NCBI GenBank assembly: GCA_016748015.1
Contig: JAAOMT010000072.1
Location: forward strand, 135,012-199,011
Reading direction: 5' to 3'
DNA length: 64,000 nucleotides
Origin: Geosiphon pyriformis uo1
Taxonomy: Eukaryota; Fungi; Glomeromycota
Shown here: one piece after another, positions 25,201 through 35,731 of the stretch
Layout of the letters: every line of letters starts with the position of its first letter
How positions within the stretch are numbered: position 1 is the stretch's first letter
The notes under the pieces: model-generated
What the model was told of the DNA's origin: nothing
The model's input: only the letters and a program-made list of their open reading frames with translations
Database searches by the model: none
Made by a program: the position numbers and the translations under genes

Positions 25201-27882
25201 TACCACTACTCTCATAATGCTGAAATAATTTTTGACCTAGCAATGGCATTGATCAATGGAGCCACTGAAGAAGATGTCCACCAAATGAAAGAAGCTAAAT
25301 ACATTGAATATACTATGGAATTAGCTGGATTTGATTATGAAGATAAAGTAGAAACCTACTACCAAATTGCAAGCCATACATATCCAACCAAAGAAGCTCA
25401 AATTCAATGATTAAAGCAAATGAACATTCAATTGTGTGAAGAATGTGTTATGCCTTGTGATAACCAATAATGTTTAGAATGTTATGCTCTTAGCATTCCT
25501 CTGCCAAATAAGAATGATGAAAATGAAATCGAATTTGGAGTATTTGAATTAGTAGAAGAACTACCAACCACTCCCATCTATCTTCTTGAAAAGCAACCAC
25601 CTCTACAACTTAAATATTTTGACAACCATGACCAAAAAATTAGACCAGAAAAAGCACACAAAATTGATGCTGGATATGACCTAAGATACTTAGGAAAAGA
25701 TACTTTGGTTTTTCAACCAAAGTCCTTGACAAAAATCAATTTCAAAATTGCTCTTAAAATTTTACCAGGAGCAATGATTCAAATTGCCTCCAGATCATTA
25801 TTGGCAAGCAAAGGAATCAATATTAGAGGAGGAGTTATAGATGCAGGATACACTGAAGACATTACTATCATGTTGTAGAATGAAACAGACAAACCATTCA
25901 AGATTGAACATGCTGAAAAAATTGCTCAAGCAATTTACCTACTTTTAATCAATATTTCGGGTCTACAATCAGTTAACAACAGAGAACAATTGGGAAAAAG
26001 TGAAAGAGGAACTCAAGATTTTGGTTTAACTGGACGATTTACAGTTCCAGTAAACATAGCCCTTAAAATACAAAATGAATCTCACCAGATTCTTCAACTT
26101 TCCCAACCAATTACCATTTCACCTTTTGGAGAACATCACGAAATTTACACTTGCTCAAAACTCACTACTACTCAACAAATTTTTGAATCCAATGAACAAA
26201 TTTGTTTGAAGCATGAAATCTCAATTCCAAACGTTTATATTCCCAAAGAAATGAAAAAATTTCAAGTTATATTCTACAACCCCAATAATTACCCTATTGT
26301 CTTATTAAACAAATTAGAAATTGGAATCATACACAGCAATATTTTTCAAGATGAAAACCCTCAAATTGTCTCTAATTTCATTGAAATTGTAAAGCACACT
26401 CTACTTCTAAATCCAAATATTATTCCCACCACTGAAAACTACCACTTTTTGGAAGAAAAACTTTCTCAAATCAACATGGGTCCCTTAGAACCTTAACAAC
26501 AAAGACAATTAAAACAATTGATAGCTGAATTTGCAGATATATTTGTAAAAGACAACAATGACCTGGGAAAAACGGACATTGTTCAACATCAGATCCATAC
26601 AGGAGATGCTCTACCAAAACGTTAACAAGCTTATTAAGTGCCACTTGTCAGCCACCAATTCATCAGAGAAGAGGTCCAAAGAATGCTCAATAATGGATTG
26701 ATTCAACCATCAAAAAGTCCTTGGGCCTTACCAGTAGTTTTAGTTAAAAAGAAAAACGGAAAAATCAGATTCTGTGTTGATTATAGACAACTGAATAGTG
26801 TTACAATTGGAGATGCCTACCCTCTTCCAAGAATTTATAACATGCTAAATGCTCTAGGAAAAGCCAAGTTCTTCTCAACTTTAGACCTAGAAAGTGAATA
26901 CTGGCAAGTCGAAATGGACCCAAAAGATAGACCCAAAACAGCATTCACCACTCAAGAAGGAAACTATGAGTTCAATGTTATGTCTTTTGAACTCTGCAAT
27001 GCACCAGCAACATTTCAGTAACTCATGGATGTTGTATATGAAAGGCTCTTGTAGCAATCAGTAGTTGTCTATCTTGATAATATTGATGTATACTCATCAA
27101 GCTTTGAAGCCCACTTCATTCACCTGTGAAAAGTTTTTCAATGATTATAGAAAGCAGGATTAAAGTTAAACATTGAGAAATGTCACTTTGGAAAAACAAG
27201 CTTGATCTTTTTTGGACACATAGTTAGTAAAAATGAAGTCAAACCAAATCCAGGAACAATCAGTGCTGTCAAAAACTTTCAAACCTCCAGAAATACCACA
27301 GAACTAAGAGAATTTGTAAGATTAGCCTTTTACTATCAAAAATTCATAAGAGGATTCTCAGAAATTGCCAAACCACTTAATTATTTTACCAACAAAAATG
27401 TGCCATACAAATAAACTGAAGAACAACAAAAAGCGTTTGAAACTCTCAAAACAAAATTGATAACAGCCCCAGTTCTTGCTTACCCAGACTTCAACAAACG
27501 GTTCCAATTAGCCACTGATGCTTCACACATAGCATTTAGTGCCATTTTATCACAATTGAATGAAAATGGCCAGGAACAAGTCATTGCCTATGCCAGTAGA
27601 ATACTCAAGCCAACAAAACTCAAATATGGCTCAACTGAATTGGAAGTCACTGCAGTCATCTGGGCTCTTAAACATTTTCAACAATACCTGAAAAATGGAA
27701 AAGAATTTGACATAATAACTGACAATATTGGCCTTAAATGGCTTAATAAAAAGAAAATTGAACAAAGTGCCAAACAGTCTTGATGGAATGACTTCCTAGC
27801 AGACTACAAATACATTGTACATCACAAACCAGGAAAACTACACACCAATGTTGATAGCCTTTCAAGAATGAGACAAGACTAA
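22258..27882 (+). pseudogene. gag-pol: Single-frame Gag-PR-Cys-rich-dUTPase-RT-RNase H polyprotein with point nonsense mutations
   Basis: ORFs at 22258, 23959, 24733, 25990, 26638, 27202 and 27457 share one frame; CHYCEIPGHWKRDC knuckle, ILDSGS protease, RFCVDYRQLN/YPLP/YLDN RT, LATDAS RNase H. Confidence 0.92.
25606..26034 (+). pseudogene. dut: dUTPase domain (trimeric type, five motifs)
   Basis: DAGYDL; SRSLLA; GVIDAGYTEDI; KIAQAI; ERGTQDFGLTG. Confidence 0.92.
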
Positions 27883-27939
27883 CACCAACAACAAGTTCAC
27901 CATAACTTACCAACCTACCAACAAAATAACCAAACAACA

Positions 27940-29307
27940 ATGGATCCCAAAAACTACAGCAATCTTAAAAACTATTTGAAGACCCTTACCATGCCAGAAA
28001 ATTGGTCTTCAAGTGAAAAACATCGTTTACAACACCAATCAAAGCAATATTTTATACACCATAACAAAATCTATTATAAAAATCACAGAAACCCAAACCA
28101 ACTATTCAGATTAGTACAAGAAAATGAAAAAGAAACAATTTTATATAACATGCACACAGATCCATCTTCAGCACACTTGGAAAGAGATGAAACAATTCAA
28201 AGAACTCTTGAACATTATTTTTGGTCTCACATGCAAAAAGACATTCGACAATATGTAGAATCTTGTGATAGTTGTCAAAGAAGAAGAGGAACTCACCCCA
28301 CAGAACCTTTAAATCCAATCAAAGTTGGACAACCTTTTGACAAAGTTGGAATTGATTTAGTCAGACCATTACCTATCACAACCCAAGAAAATTGCTATAT
28401 TGCAGTAGCAGTAGATTATCTCACCAAATGGTCTGAAGCTAGAGCCATCCAAAGAGCAGATGCAAAATCAGTAGCAAATTTCATCTATGAAGACATTATT
28501 TGTAGACATGGATGTCCAATTGAACTTTTATCTGATCAAGAAACACATTTTGTGAACAACTCGATACAAGAAATTTGTGAACAATTCAATATTAAAAGAC
28601 TTTTATCATCATCTTATCACCCTCAAACAAATGGACTTGTAGAACATTTCAACAGAACATTGTGTAAATCTCTAGCCAAAGTCTCAACAGACTTTAAGCA
28701 GGAATGGGATATTTTTATTCCATCAGTGTTATTAGCATATAGAACACTAAATCAAGATACTATGAAACACATACCATTTGATTTAACTTATGGAAGGACA
28801 GCAATGTTACCAATTAATTTTACAGTAGAAACATACCCTGTGCAACCAATTAATAAAAAAAACTTTCAAGAAACACTCCAAAGAAGGGCCTACACTCTTC
28901 TTAGTACACTGGAAGGAAAAAAAAAAATAGCAGCAACTCATATCAAACATTCTTAAGCTCAACAAAAAAAAAAACATGACAACAAATTACCACCCCATTA
29001 CCAACGAATTTAAAGTTGGAAATAAAGTTCTTTTACACAGAACTAAGGCTGAAAAACAATGGAGTGGAAAATTTGAAAACAAATGAAATAGACCATTTAT
29101 ATCCACGAAATTCTAAGCAATGGATTATACAAGTTAAGACTTGATGACAAAATACTAGCAAAAGTTGCATATAGAGACAGATTGAAACACTATTATTCCA
29201 GAAACAATTCTGAACCATTAATTCCACAAATTGGTACACATTCCTCTTTAATTAATCCTAAAAATATTCCCCGAAATTTAGAACCAATAATTATAATAGA
29301 ACAATAA
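27940..29307 (+). pseudogene. int: Integrase (HHCC, DDE, GPY/F-type tail) as a separate ORF
   Basis: HTDPSSAH..CDSC, IDLV..AVDYLTKW, SDQ, YHPQTNGLVE; ends EPIIIIEQ*; stop and indel near 28956-28980. Confidence 0.92.
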
Positions 29308-29471
29308 CCAAACTTGAACACTTAAATTTTACAATAATTCTTTAATAAAAACACAAAGACAAAAAATAGTAAATAATTACAAAAAACACCCAAACCCAAA
29401 AAACAAATAAAAACCTCATATCCAAAAATAATTTTCTTTATTCTCTCTTTTCATAATTAGTCAATTTTACC

Positions 29472-30179
29472 ATGATTATTCTCTGAAATATTCAACAAAT
29501 ATCCCAAAAGTTAATGTTAGTCTTGAAAACACTTTCTGACTTATCCATAATGATTAATAAAAATCAAATTAATTACATTCAGAAAGAAATCACAGCCCCA
29601 GTAGTAAATCATCCACAGAACTATCACCCTTATAGAAGAAAAACAAGAAGTCACTCTGAAAATAGATTACCAAGACTTTTGAAGCAAGCACTGGAAGAAA
29701 ATCTTTTAATTGCTCCTATTGACATTTTACCGAATGCTACAATGCAACAAAAACTTCTACTACTTCTCAATGAACAGAACAATAAACACACTTCTATCTA
29801 TAAATACTTTCACATTGAAAAGACACTTTATGAACGAAAACTGAAACTTAAAGCAACAAATTTCACTCCTAAAGCTATACAAAAACAAATTCACAATGAA
29901 TTTAAAACAGCAGTTAGACCAACAAACACTTACTACAAACTTAGAGCAGCTTTTAGACTTTATGATTTGTTTAATACTTGTGAAAATGTTCTACAAAATC
30001 TCATACTGCAACCAATAAAAGTCCAATACATTGGCAAACTTACAGAACTGAAATTTAAACAATTTTCAGACCAAATTACTTCAATTATTTTGGATCACTA
30101 TTTCAATATCACAGATAGTGCTTGGACTTTGACAGAGCTCAGTCTTGAGGAGGAGATTATGTTACCAGTAGAATTTTAG
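29472..30179 (+). CDS. ORF3, unknown function, env position
   Basis: 221-aa open stretch from 29514, extendable to ATG 29472 across one TGA; homologous ORFs in A, C, E and G. Confidence 0.75.
30147..30156 (+). promoter_or_regulatory. Polypurine tract of B
   Basis: GAGGAGGAGA 3 nt before the 3' LTR. Confidence 0.8.
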
Positions 30180-31160
30180 CTATTAATTAGCAGAAAAATT
30201 ACCCTTATAATTCCTATAATTAATTAGTATATTAATATCATTTCAAATTATTATTTATTATCTAATCAATTATCACATATCACGATTCAATTAAATAATC
30301 CAATTAGTATAACAGAAAGTAGGATGATCAAATTACACAATACCCTGAACTTTGTAACATTCTAAAATTCGCCGAAATTTACAGAAATTCGCCGAAATTT
30401 ATAAGAAATTCGCCGAAATTTATAGAAATTCGCCGAAATTATGAATAGTTCACCCAAATTAATCAATAGTTCAGCGAAATAACTTGTAGTTCATCAAAAT
30501 GTATCTTTAGTTCGCCGAAAGTTGAGCAAAGAGAAAAAGTGCAAGTTCATAGACTAGTACTACAACAAGTTGTATAAAAAAAGAGCTTTTCTCTTCAAAA
30601 AAATGTATCTTACTTTAGATTTATCACTTAGAACCATTCCTATACACACAAAAAGAAATAAATATCAAATAATTCGAAAAACCAAATTCTTTAATTATTG
30701 TACTTGGAAAATCCCCAAAACCCAACTAACATTTTGAAATTGATTATCTACCAATTTCAGTAAACTGTTAGTGACTCCAGGCCTGGATAGAAAACGTTTC
30801 TCTTGACAAAATTCAATTTCTTTTACATTTCTTTTATTTTCTTATTATAATCATTAAGGTAGCTTACAGACAAGATTCCTGTAGAAGAGTTGACTTTTAC
30901 AGCAAAGTAACTACACATTTTTAGTAAGCTTCCAGATGAGCAATTCCTGGGAAAGAGTTGATGTTTACTACAACGTAACTACATAAAGTAACTGGCAAGG
31001 AATTGGTCATTCTACTTATAAGCCTAGCAGTTCAAATTATAGGAGATAATTTGAAGATAAATTCAGTTATTGGAGGTTCAACTACTTCTAGAAAACGTAA
31101 ATTTGCAACCAACAGACAGTTACAACATTCAAGAAAAGAGACTAAAAACCTCCAGTAACA
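30160..31160 (+). repeat. 3' LTR of B
   Basis: 1001 bp direct repeat of 21201-22212. Confidence 0.97.
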
Positions 31161-31164
31161 CTGT

Positions 31165-34100
31165 TTAAATTATTGTTGTTATCATTATTAAAGTCTAAAT
31201 TGCAATTAACTTTTAATTCTGATTTCAAGATATACTTGTTAATTGGTTTTTTTTCTTCAGAAATTGAATAGATTATGTGCAGTAATAAATTATAAATGAA
31301 ATCACACTTATTACAATATTTAAAGTTATTAAAAATTAAATAATTTAATATTTAATTGTTCCAAATACTGCTCTTGCTTTTTTTAAATGAATGCCAAGTC
31401 TTGGTAATATTTATAGAATTGTTTTAAAGTACTTATAATAAAAATAAGTTCAACAAGTTTTAGTAAGTTGTTTTTAATCTCCAATATTTTACTTAAAAAT
31501 ACATTTTTGACTTTGGCAGTTGTTATTTTTCAGATCTTGTTTTTATTGTATGAATAATTGTCTAAGTATAAAAGAGCTTTGTTTTACATAGTGTTTATGA
31601 ATGTTTTTTTGTTTATTTAATTATTAATGAGAATTATATATTAACATAATTCATTATATATTTTTTCTTAACTAAAAATGTTGTTTTATATTTTTTTGTT
31701 TGGAAAAATTTTGTTACAAGCTAAGCAATATTTATTGTTCTACTTTTCTTGTTATTTTAATTATCTAAAACATTTTTAATACCAAGTTTTACAATAGTAA
31801 TAAATACACATTTTGTATTTTTCTTCTGGTAAAATACAAGCTTTTATAAATAAAAGCTTTTTGTTGTAATCTTTGTATTTAAATGAAATGTAAGATAATT
31901 GTTTTTTTGGTTCTGGTTTTGAATATAAAACATATTAATTATAGACTGATTCATTTATGAAAATGATAGCTTGAAGTTATTTTTATTTTATTTTTTTCTA
32001 TGTTGATACTAATGACAATTTGTTATGTTTTTTTTCGACTTAAAAGACTTAGTATGTTTTTCAAATAGATTTCTTTTTTTTTTTAGTTTGATCAATAATT
32101 GTTTTTTTAAATAGATTTTGAAATAATTACAAGTAACAGATACCCAATTTTGCTGGCTATTATAATTTAATTGGAGTTATTAAATGTTTTAGTTAAGTAT
32201 AATAGTGGTCTTAGTAAGTTAATTATTACTAATAAGAGCTTAATATTATATGGTTTTTATTATCAGAACTTTGATTAACATAACAATACTATTAACTTCT
32301 AATAAAAAATTATTGATTTTGCCAATAAGAGTCTTTGTCACTCCATTAGTAATAATAATTTTGGTGTTGGCAACACAATTAACTTAACAACCTAATTAGT
32401 CTATAAATTATTATGTAATAATACTATTTGTTAATTCATTATTAAGAATTAATTTAATAGAATAGTCATCAACTTTGACATTAATATACATGACAGTAAT
32501 TGGTTTAGTGTTAAAAGTGGCTTTACTAAATAAAAAAATTGGTTTAAAATCTTCTAAATTAAAAAGGAATATTATAACAAAAAATTTGTTTTTTGTGATT
32601 ATAATAAGTAAAATATTATTAGTAAGTAATATTTTTGTGTTTTTTTTATGATTGGATAAGTTGTTTATTAGAATGACTAAAAGATTTAAATAGTTTTGGA
32701 AATTCAGATTTTTGGTATACTTACTTTTCGAATTTTATTAATGTAATTCCATTTGTTAGTTTAATAAACTGAAAATTAATTGGTATATAATCATTACTAA
32801 TCTTCAATTTTGTTAAGTGAAAGTAATTCTTAGTTTTTGGTTTTTTGTAATTAATTAATCTGAAATTTGAAGCAATGTTTGAATTGGTTGGAGTTGATAA
32901 ATTATTTGTGACTATGATGGTTAATAAATTACTTAGAGCTATCATACTTGATAGATAAAAAATACATATAGTGACTGTATATTATTGGCTAATAAAGTAT
33001 TTAATACTAATATTGTTCTTAATTCTGTGTATAGTTTGGAGTATAAAACTGGCAACCAGGGTTTTGATATTGATTTTTTGATTGTTAACTACCTATTTTA
33101 TCTCTACAATTAATTTTTAGGTATTCTTGCTTATAATAGTAGTGACAAATATATGTTTTTTGCTATTATGATTGGTTTACTAATAATAATAAATGTGATT
33201 GATTTTGAAACTAATTTAAATTTTTTTAATTGTTATGGTGTTAAGAAGATTGATAAATGGCTGTATTATTGATTAGGTATCTTTCTAATATTTAATTAAT
33301 GGATTTACTAAACTATTTTAGTTTTAAATCCAATTTAGATGATTTATTTATTACTAAATTTGCAGCTTAGAGATAATTGGCTTTAAGCTTGAGTGATTCA
33401 AAATCTCTGGCATAAATTACTGCATTTTATAAAATGATTAAATATAATGAACATGCTTATTACAAAAAACTGCTGCATAGTTTATAAATAAATTGGTTCA
33501 AAATTTGTGGTATTGTAAAATAGTTTACATTTATTGCTTTGATCTGGTGCAAATTTTAATGAAAACATCTTAAGTACATAGTGATTGTTTTAGTATTATT
33601 TTGTTTGAGAGTAGTAAATTCAGTTAATAATCAATTAATGTTATTGTAATTGTTAAAATATTGTAAACAGTTTTGTTTAAAAGTGTTAAAAATCTAAGAC
33701 TTATTACCCAAGTTTTAATACTATGAGTTAGTAGTATTATAAAAAAAGTATAAAATGGCTTAAAGAGTTCTGACATTGTTTTATCTATTGGCTGTAATGA
33801 CTTTAACTACATTATTTAATTATGTTTGAACATTATTTTCTTTATTAGTAAATTTCTCAAGTTTTGCAATTAGAATATAAGCTATTAGTATTAATAATTG
33901 CTGTTGTGATTGTTAAAGAGTGGCTATTAATGCAATTAATAATGAATTAATTCTAATAACTAGAGATATATTTTGTTAAATAATAGAAATAAAGTTTAAA
34001 TTGTTCAGATTTTGTTGAAACTAAACAATCAAAGTTGAATTATCCAGTTTATTTAAGATTAAGTTTTGTCTATTATTTTTTTGATTACTGTTTTTTCTTT

Positions 34101-34740
34101 AAATTTGATATTTATCCAATTTTTGAATTCAAAATTAGGTTAAAATAGTAGTAATTGAAGTTTTAATAATATTGTTAGTTGTAATTTTAGTTTCTTAAAA
34201 TAATTGTTGTTGATTCTTAATAATTATAATTTTTCTTAATTGTTTTAAAACAAAACTTAAGATATAGATGTTTTTATGGTTAATAATGATGCAATTTTTA
34301 AAGATATGTTAATAATATTTCTAAGTATATAATAGTATGATAATTTAATAAGTTAAATAACTCTTGGTTTCTTTTAATTAAGTAGTTGTGTTTTCTTTAA
34401 GATTTTTGCTAAAGTTTGTAACTTCTCTTTTTTTTTGTTAATAAAAATAATAAAAAATTTTTGTTTGGTGTATTTTTTAATTTTGCAATTTATTTCTGTA
34501 ATTATTAGAGCAAAAATATGATTTTGTGATAAACTGATATATTATAGTAGCTTATTGTAAAAATTTCTAATAGTGATGTCTAAATTTTCTTATTTTTTTT
34601 AAGTAATATAAAATTTTTTTGTTGACATAAAAGTTGAAGACTAATTTTGTTGGCCAATAATTACTTGTTAATCTCAAATAAGTTTAGTAATATTGAAATA
34701 AAAATTTGCGAATTTTAAGTAATTTTTTTCTATTATTTCT
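31165..34740 (-). pseudogene. gag-protease-Cys-rich remnants of G
   Basis: Minus-strand remnants such as AYILIAKLEKFTN, KPITVMYINVKVDDYSIKLILN, IITNGVTKTLIGKI. Confidence 0.65.
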
Positions 34741-34809
34741 TGGTTTATCACTTTTTTAGATAGTTGATACAAGTACTTGTTCTTTGTTAGATTATACTTT
34801 ACAAGAAGT

Positions 34810-35731
34810 ATTAGAATAAATAAAAAACTTGTAAATTAGTACTCAATAATTAATTTTACTGAAAATGATTTCTAAAAATTTTGGTTGAGTTTTTTGTATA
34901 ATGAACAGATATTTACTTAGTAGTTGTTTTTTCCAAATTTTTTTTTTTAGCATAAAAGCCAGTTTAATCTGGCAGTTATGCTTTTTTGGTAAATTATTCT
35001 TAAGTTTTTACTCTTGTTTTATAGGTTTTTTACCAAATTATCTTTAATATTAATATTTTAGTACTTAATTTTTTATTTAATTAGTATTTAACATAAAACA
35101 AATAAATAAAAAATAAATAAAATAAAATAAAAAATTAGTATTCTGTTAATAATTATGATTAAAAACTATTAGTCTAATATAATTAAATAACAGATATTAT
35201 TAACATAAGTTGCTAATAAGATTAAAGAATAATAATGTTAATTTAATAAAAAAAATAACATAAATTAAATAATAAAGTAATGATTTTATTTGATATTTAG
35301 ATGATTTTACTTTAAAGTATAAAAACTATCTTGTAAAAAGAAAGATATGTTATGAATATTTATTTTTAATTAACTAAGAACTTGTCTAAATCTGAGAATT
35401 ATTGAATGGTTTTTTTACTTTTAATATTATTGTTATATATACATAATTTCTATTATATAAGATTTTACATATTTTTACTCTTTTTTATGCTATTTTTTAG
35501 AACTATATTTATTTTTAAACAATATGTCATAATTTTCTAAAAATGTGCTTATTCTTTGCAAGTATACATATTTTTGAAAATGTATTATAATTTTTTGATA
35601 AATATGCTTATTTTTTGTATATGTGTACATTTTTAAAAATGTGTTTACATATTAAGTATTATTTTCTTATTGGCCTATTTTTATAATATGTTTTTTTTAT
35701 TTTTTCTTGTATCTTTTTTCTATAAATAACA
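34810..35731 (-). repeat. 5' LTR of G (U5 end apparently deleted)
   Basis: Direct repeat of ~15870-16769; ends ataaca. Confidence 0.7.

Larger units (their letters stand above)
21201..31160 (+). mobile_element. Full-length Ty3/Gypsy element B (9960 bp)
   Basis: Paired LTRs TGTTAC...GTAACA, perfect TSD CTGT (21197-21200, 31161-31164), PBS, PPT, all pol domains. Confidence 0.97.
15849..35731 (-). mobile_element. Highly eroded full-length Gypsy element G (family C-like), interrupted by B
   Basis: LTRs ~15849-16769 and ~34810-35731; internal order gag-PR-Cys-dUTPase-RT-RH-IN-ORF3, colinear with C where they overlap. Confidence 0.8.

Noticed and set aside
22258-27882. Frequent in-frame stops as an alternative genetic code or programmed readthrough
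   Set aside because: Stops are of all three types, differ between copies and derive from TGG/CAR/CGA by transition; only the RH-terminal TAA is shared by all copies
29040-29307. Chromodomain at the integrase C-terminus
   Set aside because: After the GPY/F segment the ORF ends within about 70 codons with no aromatic-cage pattern
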